From sequence record JX560968: DNA of 64,000 nucleotides; one strand, written 5' to 3'. Position 1 is the stretch's first letter, and each line of letters starts with the position of its first letter. Below the pieces are notes generated by a model. It worked only from the letters and a program-made list of their open reading frames with translations. It had not been told where the DNA came from and made no database searches. Below, in pieces: positions 15,917 to 24,904 of this stretch. A program made the translations under genes and the position numbers. This DNA comes from Escherichia phage EC6.

Positions 15917-15995
15917 GCTCCATTACTCCAATTGGCAGAGAGGCCAGACTTAAAATCTGTGTTATGTATCGGTTCGAATCCGATATGGAGTACCA
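15917..15995 (+). tRNA. tRNA with anticodon TAA (Leu-type anticodon) on a class-I-length scaffold
   Basis: Acceptor GCTCCAT/ATGGAGT, anticodon loop CTTAAAA, 6-nt variable loop, perfect T-arm ATCGG-TTCGAAT-CCGAT, CCA encoded. Confidence 0.45.
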
Positions 15996-16000
15996 AATTT

Positions 16001-16076
16001 AGCGGTATAGCATAACTGGCAATGCAGCAGTCTCTGAAGCTGTCTTATTAAGGTTCAAATCCTTATGCCGCTGCCA
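16001..16076 (+). tRNA. tRNA-Gln (anticodon CTG)
   Basis: Acceptor AGCGGTA/TGCCGCT, D-stem GCAT/ATGC, anticodon loop CTCTGAA, T-arm TAAGG-TTCAAAT-CCTTA, CCA encoded. Confidence 0.55.
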
Positions 16077-16107
16077 CTTCTAAGGATTCTTACGAGAGTC
16101 CTTAAAT

Positions 16108-16183
16108 GTGGCCTTATCATAAATGGTAATGACCCATGCTGTGAACATGGTCTATACGGGTTCAAATCCCGTAGGTCACCCCA
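16108..16183 (+). tRNA. tRNA-His (anticodon GTG)
   Basis: Acceptor GTGGCCT/AGGTCAC, anticodon stem CCATG/CATGG with loop CTGTGAA, T-arm ACGGG-TTCAAAT-CCCGT, CCA encoded. Confidence 0.6.
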
Positions 16184-16188
16184 ATTTA

Positions 16189-16265
16189 TAGTCCAAGTAG
16201 CTTATATGGTTAAAGCGCGTGTCTGAAAAACATGAGAAGAGGGTTCAAATCCCACTGGACTACCA
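16189..16265 (+). tRNA. tRNA-Phe (anticodon GAA); ends approximate
   Basis: D-stem GCTT/AAGC, anticodon stem CGTGT/ACATG with loop CTGAAAA, T-loop TTCAAAT; the acceptor register is ambiguous by 1-2 nt. Confidence 0.5.
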
Positions 16266-16281
16266 ATTTCAAAGGTGCTTA

Positions 16282-17016
16282 ATGAAAGAGATGACAGAAC
16301 AAGGTAAGGAGATTTTTAATCTCTTAAAAACTGGTAAAGGGTTTTCTAACCCCCTTATTACTGGTGCAGCAGTTCTCGGTGGAACCGTAGCTGCCTCTAC
16401 ATCACTTGTAAGCTCTATTAGCTCTGTATCAGACCCTACAGTAAAGGATAAGCTTGTTGCTGCTGGACTTACAACAGTTCTGCTTAACAGCTTTACCACG
16501 AGTCTGACAAGCACTACATCAACTACCAAAACACTGACAGATTACGGTCAAAAGTCCATTGATGAGTTTTCATCACGTATGCAGGTAGCAAAAGGTTATT
16601 CTAATGTTATGGGTGCAGCAGGTGAACAAGTTGGCTGTACACCGTTTAGTGGTATTATGGGTGTTGCTACAGAATATGGTCAAAAAGCTATTGACACAAT
16701 TAACAGTGCACTAGACGGTGTTAATGATGTATTAAGTGACTTACAAGACGCTATTGACAAAGGTCTTGATACTATTTCTGATTTAGCTAACCAAGCTGTT
16801 AGTAAGATTAATGAAGGTATCTCGAAGATTACAGCTTATGCAGATGAAGTTGTGCAGATGATTGAAGAAGAAGCTGCCCTTATTGCAGAGTACCTTAAAA
16901 CGAATATCAATGGGTTCTTAGCAGGTATCTTACCAGACTGGTTTGATGATGCTTGTAAAACTGGTGTAATTGACACTATTGCAACACCAGAAATGAAGAG
17001 CGCATTACAGAAATAA
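16282..17016 (+). CDS. hypothetical protein (244 aa)
   Basis: ORF in the tRNA cluster; the ATG at 16282 with an AAAGG RBS is preferred over the upstream in-frame start, which overlaps tRNA-Phe. Ser/Thr-rich N-terminal region. Confidence 0.45.
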   Translation: MKEMTEQGKEIFNLLKTGKGFSNPLITGAAVLGGTVAASTSLVSSISSVSDPTVKDKLVAAGLTTVLLNSFTTSLTSTTSTTKTLTDYGQKSIDEFSSRMQVAKGYSNVMGAAGEQVGCTPFSGIMGVATEYGQKAIDTINSALDGVNDVLSDLQDAIDKGLDTISDLANQAVSKINEGISKITAYADEVVQMIEEEAALIAEYLKTNINGFLAGILPDWFDDACKTGVIDTIATPEMKSALQK

Positions 17017-17037
17017 TGGAAGATTAACCCTAAAAGG

Positions 17038-17130
17038 TAAGGGAGCAGTTTGCTAAACTGCCAGTAGCTGAGAAATCGGTGTACCAGTTCAAGTCTGGTA
17101 TCTTCCTCCAATTTGAATCCGTGACAGAAA
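17038..17130 (+). tRNA. tRNA-Ser (anticodon GCT), long variable arm
   Basis: Perfect acceptor GGAAGAT/ATCTTCC, 3-bp D-stem CCC/GGG, anticodon stem GCAGT/ACTGC with loop TTGCTAA, ~21-nt variable arm, T-arm ACCAG-TTCAAGT-CTGGT, CCA encoded. Confidence 0.65.
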
Positions 17131-17134
17131 TGGC

Positions 17135-17210
17135 TATGTACCTGTCTGCAAAACAGGTTTATAAGGGTTCGAGTCCCTTCGGATTCTCCAAGTTATTTTA
17201 CTCTCTCTCA
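17135..17210 (+). tRNA. tRNA-Cys (anticodon GCA)
   Basis: Acceptor GAATCCG/CGGATTC, anticodon stem CCTGT/ACAGG with loop CTGCAAA, T-arm AAGGG-TTCGAGT-CCCTT, CCA encoded. Confidence 0.6.
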
Positions 17211-17227
17211 ATTAAAATAATAATAAT

Positions 17228-17287
17228 GCCCTGCTATAAGTATTCTTCCTTTCGCTACCGAAGAGTATTTTTAGACAGGGCTTTTTT
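17228..17287 (+). terminator. rho-independent terminator after the tRNA cluster
   Basis: Long imperfect hairpin GCCCTG...CAGGGC followed by T6. Confidence 0.5.
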
Positions 17288-17352
17288 ACAGAGTTATACT
17301 TTATAAGAAGACTTATACAGTATGTCTCTGACGTACATTGTGGTTTCTCCTT

Positions 17353-17376
17353 GACGGTCTCTGTACCGTCTTTTTT
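17353..17376 (+). terminator. rho-independent terminator
   Basis: Perfect hairpin GACGGT-ctctgt-ACCGTC followed by T6. Confidence 0.55.
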
Positions 17377-17412
17377 AAGGAGAAACATGGTTAATTATTT
17401 GGAGAAAACATA

Positions 17413-17613
17413 ATGAGCGAGACCGTTTATAAAGAACTTTATGAAGCTAATAAGAAGCTAGAATTTATGCAGAACACTATCATGGCAATTGCAGACAGAT
17501 TATCTGTAGCAACAGGTATTGATATTAAAGAAGCATCTATGGATGCACTTCTTGATGCTGTTGATGCAAAGTTCGAAGTTAAGAGAGAAGAGACTGCTAC
17601 AGACTCTGAATAA
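17413..17613 (+). CDS. hypothetical protein (66 aa), first gene of morphogenesis block
   Basis: Small ORF with RBS immediately upstream of terminase; a small-terminase role is possible but unsupported. Confidence 0.4.
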   Translation: MSETVYKELYEANKKLEFMQNTIMAIADRLSVATGIDIKEASMDALLDAVDAKFEVKREETATDSE

Positions 17614-17634
17614 TTCTATTTGCGGAGGCGCTTA

Positions 17635-19235
17635 ATGGACTTAAATGCTGTTAAGCAGAAGCGAGTGGAAGATGTTAGGAAAGTCCTAGCTGGAGAGTTG
17701 GGGCTTTCTGATGAAGTAAAAGAAATTATCAAATCATTCGGTAAAGACCCCTCTAAATTCCTTCCAACTCAAATTCTGACTTTATTAAGATACACCCCAG
17801 ACCAAGTTAGACTTATCTTCAAATTGATGACTGATAAGAACTATGTAGCCCCTCAGCCGGGTTCTCAAGAGGTCTTTTTAAATACTAATGCTGACTTGGT
17901 TCTCTATGGTGGTGCTGCGGGTGCTGGTAAGACTGCTGCATTGTTGATGGACTCTTTAAGATTTATTGAAGACCCTAACTATAATGCTGTGTATTTCCGT
18001 CGAAACACAACACAGTTACAAGGTGGTTTATGGCCTGCTGCAAAGAAACTATTTGGTAAGTTTGGTGGGGTTCCTCACGAGCAGAAGATGACTATCACAT
18101 TCCCTTCTGGGGCAACTATCAAGTTTACCTACCTAGAACTTGAAAAGCACGCTGAAGGTCATCAGGGTATTGAATACTCAGCTATTTACTTTGACGAAGG
18201 TACTCACTTCTCTGCTTCACAGATTTCATACCTACAGACTCGTCTGCGTTCTGGGGCTGAAGGTGACTCATACATGAAGATTTCCATGAACCCAGACAGA
18301 GACCACTTTATTTACGATTGGGTAGAACCATTCTTAGATGAAGAAGGTTACCCAGACCCTGAAAAGTGTGGTCGTATTCGTTGGTATGTAATGAATGATG
18401 GTGTTATGGTTTCTGATTGGGAGAGAGACAAGATTCTTGAAATGTTTCCTCTTGAGATTCCTCAAACATATACATTCATCTCTGGTACGATTGATGATAA
18501 CCCAATCCTTGACTTCTTGGAACCTAAATATCGTGGTAAGTTGGAAAACAACACCCCTGTAAACGTTGCAAGACTTCGTTTCGGTAACTGGAAGGCTCGT
18601 GCAGAAGGTTCAAACTATTGGCAAAGACAATGGTGTGAGATTGTTGATTCACTCCCAGAAGATGTGTTTGATGTCAGAGCATGGGACTTAGCAGCAACTT
18701 TACCATCTGAAATTAACCCTAACCCAGACTGGACAGCGGGTGTTAAGATGGGTAAATCTAAAAAGACGGTTGCTATTATATCATTGATGTAGTAAGATTT
18801 AGAGATAGACCCTCTGGAGTTGAAACACAAATTAATTTGACTGCTGAAAGTGACGGTAAGCGAACTGGTATTTTTATCCCTCAAGACCCAGGCGCTGCTG
18901 GTAAATCCTATGCAACATCCCTCATCAGGAAACTTGCCGAGAAAGGTTATCGCGCAAGAGCTAAACCAACAAATAAAGATAAAGTTACCCGCTTTGCGGG
19001 ATTTTCTGCTGCTTCTGAAGCTGGACTTGTAAAAGTCTTGAGAGGCAGTTGGAACGAAGCTTACTTTCAAGAACTTGAAGGCTTTTGTGGTGATGGTAAA
19101 ACTAAAGATGACCAAGTGGATGCTACCAGTGATGCTTTCAACAGTCTTAACGAAGTTAAATTATTCAAGCCACCATCAATGGGTGCTCACACAGACTTAG
19201 TGAGAGGAAACCCATATGAGGGGCTTAGACGTTGA
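17635..19235 (+). CDS. terminase large subunit; reading frame interrupted at A5 run 18760-18764
   Basis: Walker A YGGAAGAGKT in the N-terminal ATPase domain; nuclease-domain motifs (WDLA..DWTAG, then YYIIDVVRFR and DDQVDA) continue in the -1 frame from ~18762 to 19235; the ATG at 17635 has a GGAGG RBS. Confidence 0.7.
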
Positions 19236-19251
19236 TAGCTAGGTGAGAAGA

Positions 19252-20717
19252 ATGGCAGAAATTACAGAAACACAAGAAAGCTTACCACCATTTAGAATGG
19301 GTGAAGTAGGTTCTTTGGGTCTGAAGGTTAAGAATGGTAGAATCTATGAAGAACCTCGTCAGGCACTAAGGTTCCCTGAAAGTATTAAAACTTTCCAATT
19401 AATGATGCGTGACCCTGCTGTAGCAGCATCTGTAAATATTATTAAGATGTTTGTTAGAAAAGTCAACTGGAGATTCGTACCTCCAAAGGGAAAAGAGCAA
19501 GACCCTAAAATGCTTGAAAGAGCAGACTTCTTTAATTCTTTAATGGATGACATGGAGCATGATTGGGCAGATTTTATTAACTCTGTAATGTCATTCTGCA
19601 CTTATGGGTTCTGTGTTAACGAAAAGGTTTATAAGAAACGTCAGGGTAAAAAGGAAAGTACCAGTCAAAATTTGATGATGGTCTAATTGGGTGGGCTAAA
19701 TTACCAATCAGAAACCAATCGACACTTGATAAGTGGTATTTTGACGAAGACTTTAGAAAAGTTACTGGTGTTAGGCAGAATCTGAGAAATGTTTCACATA
19801 TTGCTGGAGCAATTAATCTTGGAGAAAGACCACTAACAAGAAAACTCCCACGAGCTAAATTCATGTTGTTTAAGTATGATGACGAATATGGAAACCCAGA
19901 AGGTCGTTCACCATTACTTAATGCCTATGTACCGTGGAAGTATAAAGTACAGATTGAAGAGTATGAAGCTGTTGGTGTTTCAAGAGACTTGGTAGGTATG
20001 CCAAAGATTGGTTTACCACCAGATTATCTGGATGAAAATGCAGAACCTGAAAAGAAAGCTTTCGTACAATACTGCAAAACTGTTGTTAATGATATGATTG
20101 CAAATGACAGAGCAGGTTTAATCTGGCCTAGATATATCGACCCAGATACTAAAGAGGATATTTTCGAGTTCTCATTAGTCTCTAGACAGGGTGCTAAAGC
20201 ATACGACACAGGTTCTATTATTGACAGATATTCCAAGCAGATTATGATGGCATTTATGTCAGATGTTCTTGCTATGGGTCAGTCAAAATATGGTTCATTC
20301 TCTCTTGCAGATTCTAAGACAAGCTTACTAGCAATGTCAGTAGATATTCTGCTGAAGCAAATTAAGAACGTAATTAACCGTGATTTAGTTGCACAGACTT
20401 ATGCTCTTAATATGTGGGACGATGAAGAACATGTACAAATCACATATGATGATATCGAAACTCCAGACCTTGAAGCAATTGGTTCTTATATTCAGAAAAC
20501 TGTTGCAGTAGGTGCTTTGGAAGTTGACAAAGAGCTATCTAACAAGCTTAGAGAGCATATTGGTCTTCCTCCTGCTGATGAGTCTCAGCCAGTATCTGAA
20601 AAGCTTTCTCCAAACAGTCAAAGCCGTTCAGGAGATGGTTATAAGACCGCTGGAGAAGGTACTGCAAAGACACCTTCAGCAAAAGACCCAAGCACAGCAA
20701 ATAAGGCAAATAAATAA
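19252..20717 (+). CDS. portal protein; reading frame interrupted at A5 run 19648-19652
   Basis: Position directly after terminase; the N-terminal 135 codons (frame 1) and the C-terminal ~355 codons (frame 0) are separated only by a -1 shift at GGTAAAAAGG; the combined ~490 aa is typical of portals. Confidence 0.55.
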
Positions 20718-21217
20718 TGGCTGAAGTTATCTCTATTTCAAATGCTACACGAGTGCATTCGTATAGAGGTGTTCTTATTATCACTGACAAATTATCTGTA
20801 GAGGCTGGCTCAAGGGTCAGCCTTTCAGGTTATGTAAGTGATGGTGGAACCTCTGACGTTTTAACTATTTGCAGGTTACTTGATGCTCCAATGAGTGGAA
20901 AACCGTTTATTTCAGGAAATTGTAGTGAAATTGTTAAAATTCCATTTGACAGTTCATGCCTTTTGGGTGTAAAGTTATATAACTGCGAGAATAAACGTAT
21001 CAATGTTAATAGCATTGAAGCCGCTTTCATTACCCTCGACACTGCATTTCAATCCCCAATGACAGTTAATAAAGAAACAAACAGACTTGAATACATTTTT
21101 TCACAAAATGATTACAAAGTAATTGTCAAAGGCAAAGTATATGATATGATTGTAAATGTGGTAGATGAATCTGGTAACCATTCAACAGTCCTTAAACAAA
21201 AAGTAAGGTTTAATTAA
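20717..21217 (+). CDS. hypothetical head-morphogenesis protein (166 aa)
   Basis: ORF between portal and protease; start overlaps the portal stop. Confidence 0.4.
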   Translation: MAEVISISNATRVHSYRGVLIITDKLSVEAGSRVSLSGYVSDGGTSDVLTICRLLDAPMSGKPFISGNCSEIVKIPFDSSCLLGVKLYNCENKRINVNSIEAAFITLDTAFQSPMTVNKETNRLEYIFSQNDYKVIVKGKVYDMIVNVVDESGNHSTVLKQKVRFN

Positions 21218-21549
21218 TGGGAACATTAACTATTGATGGTAAGAATAAAATCCTCGCCACGCTAACCCCAACGACTATTATTTTACACAATGTAGACCCA
21301 ACGGCAGACCCTACAGCAAATAAGGTTACTCAGCCAGTGGCTATTTATTTTTCTGAACCGGATAATGGCTTAATTGCCTCAGAAGACACAGTTAACATTA
21401 CTGTTCCAGCTTCTGCAACGGTCTCACACTATAGCTTGTGGGATGCTAACGATAAATGCGTGGCAACTGGTGCTCTTAGCAAACCTCAATTCTTTGCTGA
21501 AGAAGGTATCTATGTTATCTCTTCAGTTTCTGTAGATTTAAACAAATAG
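21217..21549 (+). CDS. hypothetical protein (110 aa)
   Basis: ORF in the head module. Confidence 0.4.
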   Translation: MGTLTIDGKNKILATLTPTTIILHNVDPTADPTANKVTQPVAIYFSEPDNGLIASEDTVNITVPASATVSHYSLWDANDKCVATGALSKPQFFAEEGIYVISSVSVDLNK

Positions 21550-21560
21550 GGTGAGTAAAA

Positions 21561-22907
21561 ATGAGTTCGAATATCTTCAGACTTGCTGATAGATTGTTCA
21601 ACCAACCTTTACTAGCCACTGAATCATTAGCTCACTCAGCAGCAACCTATGTGAATAACAGATTGCTGGGTGATGTCCAAGCAGCAGTAAACTTTGATAA
21701 ACCCAAAGGTGAAGCAAGAAGTCTTTAAAAAGTAAAAGATGACATTGCTATTATTCCTATTATGGGTGGTTTAACTCATCGTATGACATTCATTGATGCA
21801 ATGTGTACAGGTGGTTTAAGCTCTTATGAAGGTTTACGCAGAGGCTTTGACGAAGCTTTAGCAGATGAGTCAATTAAGACTATTGTTCTGCATATTGATT
21901 CTGGTGGTGGTGAAGCTTCAGGTTGCTTTGAATTAGCACGTCACATTATGGCTTCAAGAGGCCAAAAGAAAATTATCGCTTATGTAGATGAGTTCGCTTG
22001 TTCCGCTGCATATGCTCTTGCATCTTCTGCTGAAGAAATTATTGCATCACCAGATGCAGATGTTGGTTCTATTGGTGTAATTATGGTTCATCAGGAATTA
22101 ACTAAGGCATTTGAAAAGAATGGCGTAACAATTAACGTCATCAAAGCTGGTGAGTTTAAAGGTATGGGTTCACCATTCCAAGCACTTTCAGAAGAAAGCA
22201 AAGAAAGACTTCAAAAGAGAATTAATGATACCTACGCAACCTTCACAGGTTTTGTAGCTGAATCTCGTAATCTCTCTGAAGAAGCTGTAAAGAATACTGA
22301 GGCGAATGTTTATTCTGCTCAGGAAGCTCTTGAACTTGGTTTAATTAACTCAATCATGTCTCAAGATGATTTCTTAAATTACTTACAAGGTTCTGAAGAG
22401 GCTCCTGTAAGTTTAAACGTTAACAATTCAGGTGAAGAAATGACTGAACAAGAAAAGCAAGAACTAGAAGCTTTGCGTCTTCAGGTTGCTCAAATGAAAG
22501 CTAAAGAACAGGAAGCTGCTTTGTCAGATTTGACTAATAAGATTTCTGCTTCTGCTGAAGCTTTTGGATTTGATGCAAAAGAAGCTGCAACGACTATTTT
22601 AGGTGCTGGTCTTGATAACCCTCTGAGTGTTCTGTTTATGAATGCTATGGAAGGTGCTAACCAGAAACTTAATGAAACTATCGCATCCCATGCTTCTGCA
22701 ATGGAAGAAAAAGAATCAGAAATTACCAAGCTGAAAGAAACTGCTGGTGCTGTTCTTGAACATTCCAATGCTATGGAAGAAGTGGGTAATGACGGCGAAG
22801 CTGATTTGGTTGAAGAAGAAAAAGAACCAGCTAAGAATGCTTCCGAAGACACCGCTGAACAACGCAAACTGGCTCTCCAGAACGCTCTAAAATCTCTTAT
22901 CAAATAA
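21561..22907 (+). CDS. prohead protease (S49 / lambda gpC-like) with C-terminal scaffold-like region; in-frame TAA at 21726-21728
   Basis: N-terminal FNQPLLATESLA resembles lambda C FNEPLMLEPAYA; the S49-like core (IVLHIDSGGGEASG...) follows; the conserved ARS-x-KV...IAIIP block spans the in-frame TAA; C-terminal E/K/A-rich helical tail. Confidence 0.6.
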
Positions 22908-22918
22908 GGAACACAATA

Positions 22919-23296
22919 ATGGCATATCAAGGTTTTACTAAGTTAGGTAAAAGAGAACCTCTGAATGATATCATTCTTTGGGAACAGATTACCCCAACAG
23001 GCCACTCTCGTAAAGAGTACACACCGGTTGCTTCAACAGAATACCGTGTAGGTGAAGTTCTGAAAGCAGATGGTACTAAGGTTACAGCAGGGCAAGAAGC
23101 TCAGGCTGACTCTGTATGTATCGTTAACTTTTATGCAGACTCACAACTGTCTTATCACGGTCAGTTGAAAGTTGTAGGTATCTACCGCGATGCAGAACTG
23201 AAAGACATGCTGACTCTTGAGTCTGGTGTTGATGCTGCCGCAGTCAAGACAGCTCTGGCTGCTAAAGGTATTGATTTCGTACCAACTGGCCTGTAA
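22919..23296 (+). CDS. head decoration protein (lambda gpD-like position and size)
   Basis: 125-aa ORF between protease and major capsid gene, matching the lambda C-D-E order. Confidence 0.45.
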   Translation: MAYQGFTKLGKREPLNDIILWEQITPTGHSRKEYTPVASTEYRVGEVLKADGTKVTAGQEAQADSVCIVNFYADSQLSYHGQLKVVGIYRDAELKDMLTLESGVDAAAVKTALAAKGIDFVPTGL

Positions 23297-23329
23297 TAAC
23301 AATAATAAGACATTCTGGAGAATTTTACA

Positions 23330-24433
23330 ATGTTGACTAATTCTGAAAAAAGCAGATTTTTCCTTGCTGACCTGACTGGTGAAGTCCAGTCTATCCCAAA
23401 TACTTATGGGTATATTTCCAACTTAGGTCTGTTCCGTTCAGCACCAATCACCCAAACTACTTTCCTTATGGACTTGACTGATTGGGATGTTAGCTTGCTT
23501 GATGCGGTAGACCGTGATAGCCGTAAAGCAGAGACTAGCGCACCTGAGCGTGTTCGTCAAATCAGCTTCCCAATGATGTACTTCAAAGAAGTTGAAAGCA
23601 TCACTCCTGATGAAATTCAGGGTGTACGTCAGCCAGGCACTGCAAACGAGCTTACTACTGAAGCTGTAGTACGTGCTAAGAAGCTGATGAAGATTCGTAC
23701 CAAGTTCGATATTACTCGTGAGTTCCTGTTTATGCAAGCTCTGAAGGGTAAAGTTGTTGATGCTCGTGGTACTCTGTACGCTGACCTGTACAAGCAGTTC
23801 GATGTTGAGAAGAAGACTGTTTACTTCGACCTTGACAACCCTAATGCTGATATCGACGCTTCTATTGAAGAACTGCGTATGCACATGGAAGATGAAGCTA
23901 AGACTGGCACTGTAATCAACGGTGAAGAAATTCACGTAGTTGTTGACCGTGTGTTCTTCAGCAAGCTGACTAAACATCCTAAGATTCGTGACGCTTATCT
24001 TGCACAGCAGACTCCGCTGGCTTGGCAACAGATTACTGGTTCTCTGAGAACTGGTGGTACTGACGGCGTTCAGGCTCACATGAACACTTTCTACTACGGT
24101 GGTGTTAAGTTTGTCCAGTACAACGGTAAGTTCAAGGACAAGCGTGGTAAGGTTCACACTCTGGTGAGTATTGATAGTGTAGCAGCAACTGTTGGTGTAG
24201 GTCACGCTTTCCCTAACGTTTCTATGCTGGGTGAAGCAAACAACATCTTCGAAGTGGCTTATGGTCCATGTCCTAAGATGGGTTATGCAAATACACTTGG
24301 TCAGGAACTGTATGTATTCGAATACGAAAAAGACCGTGACGAAGGTATTGACTTTGAAGCTCACTCTTACATGCTGCCATACTGTACTCGTCCTCAGTTG
24401 CTGGTAGATGTTCGTGCTGACGCTAAAGGCTAA
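23330..24433 (+). CDS. major capsid protein (lambda gpE-like)
   Basis: 367 aa; QALKGKVVDARGTLY block resembles lambda E AVLKGKYTMTGEAF; synteny after protease and decoration genes. Confidence 0.65.
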   Translation: MLTNSEKSRFFLADLTGEVQSIPNTYGYISNLGLFRSAPITQTTFLMDLTDWDVSLLDAVDRDSRKAETSAPERVRQISFPMMYFKEVESITPDEIQGVRQPGTANELTTEAVVRAKKLMKIRTKFDITREFLFMQALKGKVVDARGTLYADLYKQFDVEKKTVYFDLDNPNADIDASIEELRMHMEDEAKTGTVINGEEIHVVVDRVFFSKLTKHPKIRDAYLAQQTPLAWQQITGSLRTGGTDGVQAHMNTFYYGGVKFVQYNGKFKDKRGKVHTLVSIDSVAATVGVGHAFPNVSMLGEANNIFEVAYGPCPKMGYANTLGQELYVFEYEKDRDEGIDFEAHSYMLPYCTRPQLLVDVRADAKG

Positions 24434-24454
24434 TATTCTTAAGGAGGGTTATGA

Positions 24455-24904
24455 ATGTGTTATACAGGCGACCCAGCCAATAACCCTCTTGATAGAGTAA
24501 GAATCCTCTGCACAGACACCAATAATGATGAAATTCTTATTGAACAGTCTGTGCTAGAGTGGTTCTATCTAGAATCTGGAAAGGATGAAAAGAAAGCAGC
24601 CATCAAAGCTCTTAAATATTTACTCTTTCAAGTAGCCAAGATGGGAGATGAGAAAGTTGGTGGTGTTTATTTACGTAACTCTTCCAGATTCAAATCTCTG
24701 AAAGCTGTTTATGACGACCTTGTTAAAAGCTCTGTTTCAGGACTACCCTATGCAGGTGGTATTAATCAGTGTGATATTGACATGCGTCGTCATAATCCTT
24801 GCTCTGTCAAGAAATACACAGAATATGGTGATGCTGCCAGATACGAAGGCAGAGATTACTGCAACCGTGTTAATGGCGTATTTATTATCGAGCGAGATGA
24901 ATAA
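24455..24904 (+). CDS. hypothetical head-tail joining protein (149 aa)
   Basis: Position between capsid and tail genes. Confidence 0.4.
   Translation: MCYTGDPANNPLDRVRILCTDTNNDEILIEQSVLEWFYLESGKDEKKAAIKALKYLLFQVAKMGDEKVGGVYLRNSSRFKSLKAVYDDLVKSSVSGLPYAGGINQCDIDMRRHNPCSVKKYTEYGDAARYEGRDYCNRVNGVFIIERDE

Noticed and set aside
11934-17210. Nonsense-suppressor tRNA that could read the in-frame TAA in the protease gene
   Set aside because: No tRNA with anticodon TTA, CTA or TCA was found; the TAA-anticodon tRNA reads UUA (Leu), not the UAA stop.
18615-19115. 166-aa minus-strand ORF across the terminase frame-break
   Set aside because: Antisense to conserved terminase motifs; no RBS; a shadow ORF.
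22490-22930. 146-aa minus-strand ORF antisense to the protease C-terminus
   Set aside because: Ala/Ser-rich mirror of the E/K/A-rich scaffold-like coding region; a shadow ORF.
23438-24364. 308-aa minus-strand ORF antisense to the major capsid gene
   Set aside because: Entirely contained within a well-supported plus-strand structural gene, with low-complexity composition; a shadow ORF.
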